From a virus (Duplodnaviria > Caudoviricetes): a stretch of DNA of 29,410 nucleotides. The translations under genes and the position numbers were made by a program. Below, one piece after another: positions 8,076-18,035 of this stretch. The stretch lies in the IMG/VR virus record IMGVR_UViG_3300042868_007151, positions 1 to 29,410 of that record; one strand, written 5' to 3'. Below the pieces are notes generated by a model. It saw only the letters and a list, made by a program, of their open reading frames with translations. It ran no database searches and was not told the DNA's origin. Numbering within the stretch: the first letter of the stretch is position 1; each line of letters opens with the position of its first letter.

Positions 8076-10274
8076 ATGATGCTTGTCCCTGAATCAATGA
8101 AGAGCTGTCGGCAGTGGGTCGCTTGGAGACTCGAAGAACGCGACGGCAAAGGCTCCAAGATCCCGTATCAGATCAACGGGCAGAGAGCTAGCTCGATGGA
8201 CCCGCGACACTGGACCAGCTTTGAACAGGCTTGTCAGTTTGTCGAGAATACCCCCTCGTTTTCAGGTCTCGGTTTCGTTTTCAGCCAGGCCGACGACTTC
8301 GTCGGAATCGATCTCGATAACTGCTTCGGTGAAGATGGAAGCCTCGACGAGTGGGCTCGCGATGTGCTCAGCCGCTTCCCGAGCTACTGCGAGATAAGCC
8401 CATCTGCCAAGGGGATGAAGATCTTTTGCCGAGGTACGCTTGCGAGTGATCGAGGCCGAAGGCTGAACATCCCCGGTAAGCCTGGCGCCCATCTCGAAGT
8501 CTATTCTTCGGGCCGATACTTCACCGTGACAGGTCAAGCCCACGGTGATTGCATGGAGACTGTCAACTGCCAGGACGGGCTCGATTGGCTGGCAGCTGTG
8601 GTGCTCCCCGCCTCAGCTCCACCACCTGCACCCGTCGCAGCTCCAGCACCGAAGCAGCAAGCCAAGCAAGGCAACAGACCAGACGCCGAAGAACGAGCAA
8701 GACTATACGCTCGCAGCTATCCACCTGCGATCAGTGGACAAGATGGACACGGCGTCACCTTTCGCCTGGCTTGTGTGCTCGTGACCGGTTTTGGACTCGG
8801 AGCCAATGGAGCAAGGGCGATCCTCGAAGAATGGAATATGGGATGCCAGCCTCCTTGGGGCTCCAGGGAACTGGAGCACAAGCTGAACCAAGCCGAGAAG
8901 GCCGGACAGGCCGAGGGTGGCCATGGTTGGATGCTCGAAGACGAATCGGTCCGACTAGAGCAGTCGGCAGTCCCTGTATCGGTCGGCGAACTCGATGCAT
9001 ATGAAGTCTTTCTTGGTGGCCTGATGGGTAAGGCTCAGGCATCGAGAGCGAAAACCGGATTCCCCGAGCACCTTTACAACGTCCCTGGATTCATGCGAGA
9101 AGTCTCGGACTACATCACCGACCAGAACCCAAGGAAGAATCCGATACTGTCGCTCGTCGCAGCTGTGGCGCTCCAGGGAGTGTTGATCGGTGCGAAATAC
9201 AAGGACCGGACTGGCAACCGATCGAATCTCTATTTTGTCCTGCTTGCCCCTTCATCGGGTGGCAAGCAAGCCCCCATGGAGTGCATCGAGAAGATCTTGA
9301 ACGCTTCCAATGGTGGCAATCTCTACGGTGGCAAAGTGTCGTCCGATTCTGCTTTGGCTTCTGACCTAATGGTATCGCGGTCCAAGCTGTACATCTGGGA
9401 TGAGTTTGGGCGATTCTTAGACAAGACGCGAATTAAGACAGGTGGAGCGCACTTGCACGCAGTCCAGGAAGCATTGCTAGAGTTATGGGGAAAAACCTCT
9501 GGAGTATGGAAGCAGAAGAGCTACGCAGATAGCAAAAACAATAAGGAGATTTATCACCCCTGCTGCTCTTTTTTGGGTCTGACCGTACCAAGTACCTTTT
9601 GGGATGGACTCGAAGAAGGCCATTTGAGCGATGGGTTCGCTGCTCGGATGATGGTTATCGACTCTGGCCCGCGCTTGAAGTTCGAGGAAACCATCGAGAA
9701 GGATCCACCAAAAAGCATTCTTGAGAAGGCTGCTTACTGGATCAACCTTCGGCCAGGTGGAAACCTCGGTGGAGTCAATCCCGAGGCTATCTTGGTACCA
9801 GAGACACCAGCAGCAACGGCTATTTTCCGCAAGCTGGTGAATAAAGCCGAGGACGCTGGAAACGACGAGACCGAGAATTCGATCTGGGGCCGAGCGATTC
9901 AGAAAGCCCGCCGGCTAGCTTTGATCTATGCATGCAGCAGAGACCAGGAAGCACCGGTTATTGATGACCAGGCCGCGCAGTGGGGTGTAGACTTCGCTAC
10001 CTGGTGCACCGATCGATTTATAGCCATCGCGAAAGATGAAGTTGCATCCGATGATCCGGCCCAGCAGAAGTGGCAACGAATTCGCAAAGTAATCAACGCC
10101 TACACGAAACGAAATCAGCTATGCTCGCGATCCGCTTTACTGCGAACCATCAAGTGGCACGCGAAAGACCTGGACAAGATACTTGATACCATGGTACAGG
10201 CCCATGTGATCGAGGCGAAACAAGTGCCTGCCGCGAATGGAAAATTCGCGACTTACTACTCTGTTAAAGGATGA
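8076..10274 (+). CDS. AEP primase-polymerase fused to a PriCT-like region and DUF3987-like helicase domain
   Basis: QWVAW, KIP, GLGFVF, GIDLD, EISPS and RYFTVTG (NrS-1-like primpol); PPW..ELEHKL; NLY...APSSGGK, DEFG and DGFAAR. Confidence 0.85.
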   Translation: MMLVPESMKSCRQWVAWRLEERDGKGSKIPYQINGQRASSMDPRHWTSFEQACQFVENTPSFSGLGFVFSQADDFVGIDLDNCFGEDGSLDEWARDVLSRFPSYCEISPSAKGMKIFCRGTLASDRGRRLNIPGKPGAHLEVYSSGRYFTVTGQAHGDCMETVNCQDGLDWLAAVVLPASAPPPAPVAAPAPKQQAKQGNRPDAEERARLYARSYPPAISGQDGHGVTFRLACVLVTGFGLGANGARAILEEWNMGCQPPWGSRELEHKLNQAEKAGQAEGGHGWMLEDESVRLEQSAVPVSVGELDAYEVFLGGLMGKAQASRAKTGFPEHLYNVPGFMREVSDYITDQNPRKNPILSLVAAVALQGVLIGAKYKDRTGNRSNLYFVLLAPSSGGKQAPMECIEKILNASNGGNLYGGKVSSDSALASDLMVSRSKLYIWDEFGRFLDKTRIKTGGAHLHAVQEALLELWGKTSGVWKQKSYADSKNNKEIYHPCCSFLGLTVPSTFWDGLEEGHLSDGFAARMMVIDSGPRLKFEETIEKDPPKSILEKAAYWINLRPGGNLGGVNPEAILVPETPAATAIFRKLVNKAEDAGNDETENSIWGRAIQKARRLALIYACSRDQEAPVIDDQAAQWGVDFATWCTDRFIAIAKDEVASDDPAQQKWQRIRKVINAYTKRNQLCSRSALLRTIKWHAKDLDKILDTMVQAHVIEAKQVPAANGKFATYYSVKG

Positions 10275-11008
10275 GGACGATGGAAGACAAGATCGAAGAG
10301 TTTTTTCGTGACGCAACGGCTGATGATGTTGCTAGGGTGATGCGAGGAGAAAAGGTTGAAGCGAGGTTTCGAGATCAAAATTGCGGCAGTTGGGTGGAGT
10401 TTAAGTTTCTTGGCGGGTGGCGTAATTACCACAAGGAACACCCAAGGTTTCTCGATCAAGATGGGGTTTGCTGGGTGCAATGTCAAGTCTACGACCCGCC
10501 TGAGATCCTCAAGAGCAAGCCCGATCCCGGCGAAGGGTGGCGGCTGGTGGAGAAGTTTCCGCCGGAGGAATTGCAAAAAGGCGATGAGGCTTGGGGGAAT
10601 CATCGAGATAATGAGTGGAGCAAGTCTGATTATGCCGAGAGGGGATGCAGAACCCAATGCGAAAAACTCTGGTATCGCCGACGCATTGCCAACAATCCGG
10701 AAACTCCGGATAGTTCGAACTCTTCGGAAATCCCGAACAGTTCACGCTCCCGCGACACAATCCCCAGCGGCTGGCGCGTGCTTGGCAAGGACGAAGAGCG
10801 GCTTTCAAGCGATGCGTTTTGGTCGCTAGGGTGCAAAGAATGGATCGTGCTAGGTGATGACCGGGTTGGCGTTGCGAATAGGGAAAAGTTGCACGCGATC
10901 CGGCAGGTAAATCATCGCGTCTACTACGCCCTTGTTGATAATTACAACTACCGTCTACCAAACGGTCAGACGATCAGAGTTGCCGCGAAAGGCTTTGAGG
11001 TGGGGTGA
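10271..11008 (+). CDS. Hypothetical protein with two GWR-containing modules
   Basis: ATGA-coupled to the primase; 245 aa. Confidence 0.75.
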   Translation: MRTMEDKIEEFFRDATADDVARVMRGEKVEARFRDQNCGSWVEFKFLGGWRNYHKEHPRFLDQDGVCWVQCQVYDPPEILKSKPDPGEGWRLVEKFPPEELQKGDEAWGNHRDNEWSKSDYAERGCRTQCEKLWYRRRIANNPETPDSSNSSEIPNSSRSRDTIPSGWRVLGKDEERLSSDAFWSLGCKEWIVLGDDRVGVANREKLHAIRQVNHRVYYALVDNYNYRLPNGQTIRVAAKGFEVG

Positions 11009-11160
11009 TGAATAATCGCCAGATCAGAAAGATCATGAAGCGGCAATTAGACTGCGCTTACCGATCGTCAACTGTGCGAGAGTGTTACAAGCAATACTGG
11101 AGGCGAAGGTATCGCTTTCAGGTTAGATACTACAATCTGATTTACGGAGGTGATGAATGA
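11008..11160 (+). CDS. Small basic protein (50 aa), not in ORF track
   Basis: MNNRQIRKIMKRQLDCAYRSS...YGGDE; TGATG and ATGA coupling at the two ends. Confidence 0.6.
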   Translation: MNNRQIRKIMKRQLDCAYRSSTVRECYKQYWRRRYRFQVRYYNLIYGGDE

Positions 11161-11387
11161 ACGACGCGATTAGCAGCAATGAATGGACCGATGAAGCCCC
11201 ACAGGGGCCAGGTCTCTATCTTTACCAGTTCACTACTGAATGGCCGATACATGTTGGCAGGGTAAAAAAAGGAGACTGGAGCAGCAGAGAGAATCCTGAA
11301 TGGCTCTACTGCAATGGAAAGCCGCTGTTTCAAATGAATGCCAGATGGCTTGGTCCGATACCAGAGCCGCCGAACCGCTGCCCATGA
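11157..11387 (+). CDS. Hypothetical protein
   Basis: GGAGG RBS; WTDEAPQGPGLY...WLGPIPEP pattern typical of small phage proteins. Confidence 0.7.
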   Translation: MNDAISSNEWTDEAPQGPGLYLYQFTTEWPIHVGRVKKGDWSSRENPEWLYCNGKPLFQMNARWLGPIPEPPNRCP

Positions 11388-11390
11388 GCC

Positions 11391-12242
11391 CTAGCCGAGC
11401 TGAACCAGGCTAACCTTATCTCTATCGCATGCTGGACATTGCCAGGACTGGTCACAGGGTCTCGATTCTGTGGCCAGTCGGAAGTCTGGATCGAAGACAT
11501 TACCAAGCTTGCCGATTAGCCGTTGGCGCTCCAGGATGCAACGCCATGCGTCACCGTTGGGCTGTACGCTGATATGGTCCACGCCTCCCGAGCAGAGGAC
11601 CTGTTTACCATCGGGTTTGGGATCTAATCCCCAGGCTCGATTCTCGCGCATGAAAGGCCGAAGCATTTCTTTCTGGGCTTCGGTGTACTCCCAGGGGTAA
11701 TAGGCGATCGATTGGTATGGGTCAACATGCCATCGGATTCCCTGCGCGTCGAACATTTGGACCCAATGCGGAATCAACCAAAGTTGCTCAGGCCATGCCA
11801 CCATGTTAGCCGTTACCTGAAATCCGAACTCCTGGAGAAACTTAACCCGCCCGATGAATATCTCTGGGTTCATCGGGTTGGCTTTCGTCCCGTTCTCGGT
11901 CGGATGAAAGCTAGCCGTGATCGAATGGACCTGGCTCGGTGTCGCGACATTGACGAAGTCTAGCAGACTGTGAGACAGATTCGATGTAATGGAGACTTTG
12001 ATAGACTTGTCCAGGTGCTCCAGGATGTGGACAAGCCCGATCCCAGGGAGAAATGGTTCACCGCCTGTGATGTCTAAGTACTGAGGCTTGAGCTTGTTCC
12101 ATACTTCGACCCACTTCTCCCATGGCAAGAATGGCTCGGGCTTGAACTCTCCCCGCTCCTGCGCCTGGACCTCCCAGCAGTATTTGCACTTGAAGTTGCA
12201 GGCAAAGGTGGTCCACCAGATAGCTGTTCGGAGTTGGTTCAC
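11391..12242 (-). CDS. Radical SAM protein with SPASM/twitch-like domain
   Basis: CNFKCKYC, ITGGEPF; C-terminal CSGG...PNGDAWRC...LGNV...C...CPAC. Confidence 0.9.
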   Translation of the reverse strand: MNQLRTAIWWTTFACNFKCKYCWEVQAQERGEFKPEPFLPWEKWVEVWNKLKPQYLDITGGEPFLPGIGLVHILEHLDKSIKVSITSNLSHSLLDFVNVATPSQVHSITASFHPTENGTKANPMNPEIFIGRVKFLQEFGFQVTANMVAWPEQLWLIPHWVQMFDAQGIRWHVDPYQSIAYYPWEYTEAQKEMLRPFMRENRAWGLDPKPDGKQVLCSGGVDHISVQPNGDAWRCILERQRLIGKLGNVFDPDFRLATESRPCDQSWQCPACDRDKVSLVQLG

Positions 12243-13384
12243 TTGAATAATCCCATCTTGTCTTGCGAATGCTGAATCCTTGCCCGTGCAATCTCGATGT
12301 ATTCCGCCTCGCGTTCAATGCCGATAAACCGAAAACCTTCGAGGATTGCCGCTTTCCCGGTTGATCCTGAACCCGTGAATGGATCCAGGACAATTCCGCC
12401 CGGTGGAGTCACAAGCCTGCATAGGTATCGCATCAGGTCAGTAGGCTTGACTGTTGGGTGGTGGTTGCGGCTTGGCGTGTTTCGCGTAGCACTTCGTTCG
12501 CCTCCGCTATCGGAAAGCCCCATAACCTGCCTTGGCTTTACCGCCTCTATCGCCTCGCACCCTGCATCCCTGTCCGCTTTGCTTGCCTTGGCGGTGTAGA
12601 AAAATCGGGCTGCATCACCCAGCAATCCAGTCGCCTCATCGCTTCCATCGTGGATAAAGTTCGCAGGCCATCGGCCTGTGTGTGTCGACTCGTTACAAGT
12701 GGCGTACTTGCCGTAGACACCTGGAAACTTGTCTCCACCCTGTGTCTTTATCTCATCCGTGCCCACCCTGCACCCGTCCACGTTTAAGCCGCCTGTGCCA
12801 TGCTCTAGCACGTTCGCCGCTACGGTTAACGCAAAGGGCTTGCGAGCCATTGTGACTGGCTCAAACGCCGGTTTCAGAGCAGTCCCCCAGCCTTGCCACT
12901 GCTTAGCGGCTTCGGTTGCGGGTATCTCGACGCCCGGTTGATACTCCCTGCCATTGTCTTTGATCCAACTGCCCGTCTTATCCTGATCCGCGCCGGGAAT
13001 CATCCGCTTAACTGGATCACCCACAGGAATCTTTTTCCGCTCTGCCCCTGCTGTCTTATCAATCGCCTTGCTGATGTCCAGCGATTTCGGGAAACCCGAA
13101 CCGTAGACCCAGGCGATAAGATCGCGAATCTCGAATCCTGCGTCCTCGATCCTTACCGCCATTCGGTGCTGCGTCCGAGTACCCGCGAAGGCTAACAGGT
13201 GTCCGCCAGGCTTGAGGACTCGCAAGCATTCCTGCCAGACCTCAACGGCTGGTACGTCGTAATCCCATCGCTTCCCCATGAAGGACAAGCCGTACGGTGG
13301 GTCGGTTACGACCGCATCGACCGAGCAGTCTGGAAGCGTCTTGAGAACTTCGAGACAGTCCCCATGGTGTAGTTCAAAGCTCAT
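12239..13384 (-). CDS. N4-C/N6-A DNA methyltransferase (beta class)
   Basis: HGDCL, VTDPPY, HPTVKP and DPFTGSGST; true start ATG 13384 coupled to the HNH stop. Confidence 0.93.
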   Translation of the reverse strand: MSFELHHGDCLEVLKTLPDCSVDAVVTDPPYGLSFMGKRWDYDVPAVEVWQECLRVLKPGGHLLAFAGTRTQHRMAVRIEDAGFEIRDLIAWVYGSGFPKSLDISKAIDKTAGAERKKIPVGDPVKRMIPGADQDKTGSWIKDNGREYQPGVEIPATEAAKQWQGWGTALKPAFEPVTMARKPFALTVAANVLEHGTGGLNVDGCRVGTDEIKTQGGDKFPGVYGKYATCNESTHTGRWPANFIHDGSDEATGLLGDAARFFYTAKASKADRDAGCEAIEAVKPRQVMGLSDSGGERSATRNTPSRNHHPTVKPTDLMRYLCRLVTPPGGIVLDPFTGSGSTGKAAILEGFRFIGIEREAEYIEIARARIQHSQDKMGLFK

Positions 13385-13824
13385 CGTGTCTTTCTTGCCC
13401 AGTTGATAGCGTCCTGCCTGACATTCGGATTCGACTTGATCCAGCTTGGTTTCTGTGGCTTCCATGGTCCGTCTGGATCGTGACCAATGCGGAAGTGATG
13501 CTCGCGACACAGAGTCACCAGGTTGCTTGGTTCTAGCTCCAAATCTGGTCGCAAGTGGAATGGCTCGATGTGATGGACGTTGAGCTGCTCGACCGATCCG
13601 CAAGCCAGGCAGGCCGGATGTCGCTTGACGTGGGCCGCTCGAACCGCCGACCATTCGGAGCTCCGTGGTTCGCCCCATCCATCGACGGTGGCTTCGCTCA
13701 GTTGCTCTGGTGGCTCTGGTGGTATGCTTGATCCACGAGTCATCCAAGCAAACAACGCAAAGACAGCCATCAAGGCCAGGACGAAGAGATAGGATTCGAT
13801 TAGCGACTTTGACAAGTTATTCAT
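13381..13824 (-). CDS. HNH endonuclease with N-terminal hydrophobic helix
   Basis: CLACG...VHHIEP...NLVTLCREHH...GH; YLFVLALMAVFALFAW; start 13824 coupled to the upstream stop. Confidence 0.85.
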   Translation of the reverse strand: MNNLSKSLIESYLFVLALMAVFALFAWMTRGSSIPPEPPEQLSEATVDGWGEPRSSEWSAVRAAHVKRHPACLACGSVEQLNVHHIEPFHLRPDLELEPSNLVTLCREHHFRIGHDPDGPWKPQKPSWIKSNPNVRQDAINWARKTR

Positions 13825-15518
13825 TTTCGCACCGCCCATAGTAGATCTGTATTCGGTCCGTTCTGCTTGACCTCGACCGCGAATCCTTCGCCGGTCAATC
13901 GCTTCTCGATGTCCTCTGTCGAATAGACTATCCCGTCTATGGTGGTATTGCGATGGATCTCCCCACAGATCTCATCCACAAGCCCTAACCTGGAGCACCA
14001 CAACAGCCCAGGGTATTCGCCACCTTCGCAATCCACCTTGAGCAGTCGCACTCGACCGGATGGGGAGAGACTCACCGCTCGATCGATTATCGAGTCCATG
14101 GTGATCGTCTGCACGATCCGACCGCTATCGCTGGTCTGTAGCAGGTTGAACGTGGTTGTCACGCCTGGCTCGTGGAGTGGCTCGTCCTCCAGGGTGATCG
14201 ATCCATTTTCACGCCAGACACCCTTCGGAATAATCTCGATTCGGTTTCTCTCTCGCTCGAGGTTGGCCGCAAGTCGCTCAACATTTTCCGCCATTGGCTC
14301 GACAGCTATGACGAGACCAGCACCACGACGAAGACAGGACCACGAGAACGCGCCCATGTGGGCACCGCAATCGATGATCACGTCTTTGCTGCTGAACTTG
14401 TTTGGAAGCTTGTACTCGTTGTACAGCGCCACCTCGTCCCAAGTCCGACGAGCTACGCCGGTCGGCCCGTCCGAAAAGTGAAAGTGCTTGTCTGGTCGAA
14501 TCAGCTTGCTCGACTCGTCGCAGTATCCATGGGCAGGGATCTCATCTGGCATGTCGGGGATGAAGGCCACCGCATGATTGTATTGGCCGGTCATGTACCA
14601 CTTATTCACAGGCTGGCCGTCAATGTCTCCCTCCCATCGGAACTTGTCGCGGGTTCGGTGAACGAAGAGAGTCCGACCGTCGAAATCCTTTTGCATGAAG
14701 GCTACATGGTGCCAGCCGGGGTGAGTGGTCGGGATGCAGCATTCCCTACCCATTTTTCTCCAGCATAGGTGGAATGTGTCCTTGTCCCCGTAAATGTGCT
14801 TATACACGTAATCCGAGTAGTCATTCATCCAGTCGGTGAGCCAAAGCGCGTCATGGTGCCTGGACTTGTCCACCATGTACTGGCCGCTCTCGAAGGCTTG
14901 CTCATCATGCCATGGCAAGCCGAACCGCTCCCACTGTCCGTGTTCCAACTTTTGTTGATCCGGCCAGAATGCAGCACCGACCCGCATGTATTCGGGATGA
15001 GCCATGAAGACTTCGGGATTGTAGACCGGGTACGAATCGGCATCGAGGCAGATGACCTCTTTGAATGGAGCATGCAGGGCCGCGAATGGTTTCATCTCCC
15101 AGCCGCCTAGAATTCGCCGAGGAATCCCGCGAGTCCGCTGCCACGAGTTAGCGCAGATCCATCCTACCTCGTAGGGCTCCAAAGCCTTGGCCATCCGAAG
15201 ATCGAATTCCCCGCGGTCCCCCAAGTACCAAACCTGAATCGGCAAGTCACAACCATGGGCCCGAATCTGCCGGACCGTGACATAGATCGATGGGAAGAAC
15301 CGCCAGCCACCACCACAGATCACAATGCCGCGCTCGTGATCCCATCTATCTGGAGCACGAGGAACCGACTTAGACGCCTGGTCAAAGAGTCGGCGAAAAG
15401 CCTCGATGATATTCGGATAGCTGAACCAGTCCGAAGGCCATGGGCCTGGTGGTTGCTGCATGAGCGCCATGCATTGTTCGACGGTCCAGGATTGCGTTAG
15501 CTCGTTGTGGTTGGCCAT
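13821..15518 (-). CDS. Glycosyltransferase (GT71/MNN-type mannosyltransferase-like) fused to FkbM-family methyltransferase
   Basis: RGIVICGG, LDADS, FWPD, ESGQ and YGDKDTF; C-terminal IDCGAHMG, AVEP and LKVDCEGGEY; start at MANHN (15518). Confidence 0.85.
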   Translation of the reverse strand: MANHNELTQSWTVEQCMALMQQPPGPWPSDWFSYPNIIEAFRRLFDQASKSVPRAPDRWDHERGIVICGGGWRFFPSIYVTVRQIRAHGCDLPIQVWYLGDRGEFDLRMAKALEPYEVGWICANSWQRTRGIPRRILGGWEMKPFAALHAPFKEVICLDADSYPVYNPEVFMAHPEYMRVGAAFWPDQQKLEHGQWERFGLPWHDEQAFESGQYMVDKSRHHDALWLTDWMNDYSDYVYKHIYGDKDTFHLCWRKMGRECCIPTTHPGWHHVAFMQKDFDGRTLFVHRTRDKFRWEGDIDGQPVNKWYMTGQYNHAVAFIPDMPDEIPAHGYCDESSKLIRPDKHFHFSDGPTGVARRTWDEVALYNEYKLPNKFSSKDVIIDCGAHMGAFSWSCLRRGAGLVIAVEPMAENVERLAANLERERNRIEIIPKGVWRENGSITLEDEPLHEPGVTTTFNLLQTSDSGRIVQTITMDSIIDRAVSLSPSGRVRLLKVDCEGGEYPGLLWCSRLGLVDEICGEIHRNTTIDGIVYSTEDIEKRLTGEGFAVEVKQNGPNTDLLWAVRK

Positions 15519-15520
15519 GT

Positions 15521-15994
15521 CTACCAGTGTCCTTTTGGGCAGTGTTCGGTTGATCGCCTGGCCTTGTTTGTCCAGCCGGTTGACTCGTTGATTTCGCACC
15601 CGCACAAGTCGCACGAGTGGCCAGTCCAATTGTCGCACGCTCGGCAGATCTTGAGGACCGCTTCGACCTGTGCGTCTGTTCGCTCTGGCCGACCCTCAGC
15701 TACCCATTGAGCGGTTGACTCGATGTAGCGAACGGCCTTCTCGGACATGGTGGGCTCCACCAGGTGCTCCAGAGTCTCTGGCTGCTTCTTGACGAATAGC
15801 TCGTGGTTGTCTCGACTCAGCCGAGCCATCGCGATTGAGACAGTCACCCGGTTGACGCTCTTTGGCTTGGGACATCCGAGGCATACTTTACATGCCGCGA
15901 GAGTGACCGGAATATCAAGCCCTTCGGCCCACTCCTTAGCCACATCGCAGAAGATCAATCCCTCGTGCTCGCGTCTGTATTCGCAGTTTTCCAT
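15521..15994 (-). CDS. Cys-rich protein
   Basis: CxxCxxC, CxxC-x6-CxxCGC and terminal CPKGHW. Confidence 0.8.
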   Translation of the reverse strand: MENCEYRREHEGLIFCDVAKEWAEGLDIPVTLAACKVCLGCPKPKSVNRVTVSIAMARLSRDNHELFVKKQPETLEHLVEPTMSEKAVRYIESTAQWVAEGRPERTDAQVEAVLKICRACDNWTGHSCDLCGCEINESTGWTNKARRSTEHCPKGHW

Positions 15995-16000
15995 CGTGTC

Positions 16001-16522
<522 letters not shown>

Positions 16523-16525
16523 GGA

Positions 16526-17125
16526 CTAGACCTCCTCGCCTGGCCCCTGTGGATCTCCAGAGCCTGGAGTACCGCCACCAGATCCACCGCAACTCTCTTC
16601 GGTGACTTCTGCGCCAGGTGGCAAGCAGATCTGCCGAGTGCACACAACTAGCTTACAGTTAGTCACGTCGAAGGAGACGTTAGTCACCACGGTGATCGTG
16701 GTCGTCCCGTCTTCCTGAGCACATGCGCAGTGACTGTAATACTCTTCCACATAGATCGATCCATTAAGGTCCCGAGTCCCGAGGAAGTAACCACCACCCT
16801 TGATCTTCCGCTTCTTGAGGTTGTAGACGGTATTGGTGACATCGAGTCCGTTGGGCCGATATGGTACCACCAAACCTGTAACCCGATCCCGATGACAGAT
16901 CCTCGCAGTCCCCACGCCTGGCGTGATACCGATCAGAGTGCCAGGTGTAGCGCATTGTCCGGTGGCCGCTGGTATCTCAGCGGTGGCTTGCATGATCCAG
17001 CAGCCGACCGCATTGCCGGCAGTCATGTGACCTGCTGTGGATGCTCCAGGGGTCCAGCTGTCCGCCATCCGTTTGAGCTTGGACGCCAGGGTGCTGGAGA
17101 ATGTTGCTACTTGTTTTTCAGCCAT
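16526..17125 (-). CDS. Putative minor tail protein, Cys-rich C-terminus
   Basis: Two genes downstream of the tape measure, tightly packed. Confidence 0.7.
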   Translation of the reverse strand: MAEKQVATFSSTLASKLKRMADSWTPGASTAGHMTAGNAVGCWIMQATAEIPAATGQCATPGTLIGITPGVGTARICHRDRVTGLVVPYRPNGLDVTNTVYNLKKRKIKGGGYFLGTRDLNGSIYVEEYYSHCACAQEDGTTTITVVTNVSFDVTNCKLVVCTRQICLPPGAEVTEESCGGSGGGTPGSGDPQGPGEEV

Positions 17126-17126
17126 G

Positions 17127-18035
17127 CTATGCCCAGGTGAAAGGACCGAGATTCAAAGCGTTGAAGTCTACCTCGTCATACCGATTATACGGTGGACTGA
17201 CGAATGATGGAGTTAGTGGATTGGTATTCTTCCCGCCGCTCCCGTTGAGATTACCAACAACCTGCTGGAATGCATCGTCACCAAATGGAACTTTTCGACC
17301 GGTGCCAACTCCACCTTGCCAGTAGTAGGTCCCTTCGTCGAGTGGTTTAAACGCCCATCCCTCTGGTAGTGGGTTGAACTTGATCGTGTATTCCACGTTG
17401 AAATACTTCGTGTAGTCCCGCTTCGCTGTCTGAGCCGTGATGCCAGCCATCAAGGCCTTACCTGCTGCACGTCCCCAGTATGTTGATGAGTTTACATGGT
17501 TTACATAGGTGTCAATTATCGAGTCGTTAAAGGATAACTCAGCTCGACGGATGGTAAGAACAGTAATCGCGATTGGCTTGGTGACTGGTGGTAGAGGTTC
17601 TCCAGCAGAATTGGTGATTGCCCTCGTCGAGTCCTGCGCGTCGGCAGTCATGGGAACTTCCATGTTCTCGAATCCCCAAGTCCACTCGGGGTCAATGTCC
17701 CAGGGGTTGTTGTTTACGTCCGAGTCATCCCCACGCTTCTGGATGTTGCTGTAAGTACATTCCACCTCCCAAGTGGCCGGGCCGACTTCCTGGAAACTTC
17801 GCTTGATGCAGAATGCACCAGGCAGAATCACCGAGTCGGTCCCGATCCTTGGAAGACCAGCGACATTGGCGACCAGGTTCTCTTGAGCAGCTTCCCACAG
17901 CTGGCCAGTTAAACCGACCCCGGTTGTCATCAATACTTTGTAGATCTCGGTATGCTCGGTATCGATCCGAAAGTCTTTCTCGTTCCACGTATCGACCGCA
18001 TTTTTCCCAAGCTTGATCCCAAGGATTGCCGACAT
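17127..18035 (-). CDS. Putative distal tail / tail-tip hub protein
   Basis: Immediately after the TMP; beta-rich, with NSAGEP and VNSSTYWG motifs; function inferred from position. Confidence 0.65.
   Translation of the reverse strand: MSAILGIKLGKNAVDTWNEKDFRIDTEHTEIYKVLMTTGVGLTGQLWEAAQENLVANVAGLPRIGTDSVILPGAFCIKRSFQEVGPATWEVECTYSNIQKRGDDSDVNNNPWDIDPEWTWGFENMEVPMTADAQDSTRAITNSAGEPLPPVTKPIAITVLTIRRAELSFNDSIIDTYVNHVNSSTYWGRAAGKALMAGITAQTAKRDYTKYFNVEYTIKFNPLPEGWAFKPLDEGTYYWQGGVGTGRKVPFGDDAFQQVVGNLNGSGGKNTNPLTPSFVSPPYNRYDEVDFNALNLGPFTWA

Noticed and set aside
11387-11391. Expected bidirectional terminator where the two operons converge
   Set aside because: Only 3 nt separate the stop codons and no convincing hairpin was seen
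13385-13747. 121-aa N-terminal extension of the methylase in the ORF track
   Set aside because: It overlaps the HNH gene; the conserved domain starts at the coupled ATG 13384
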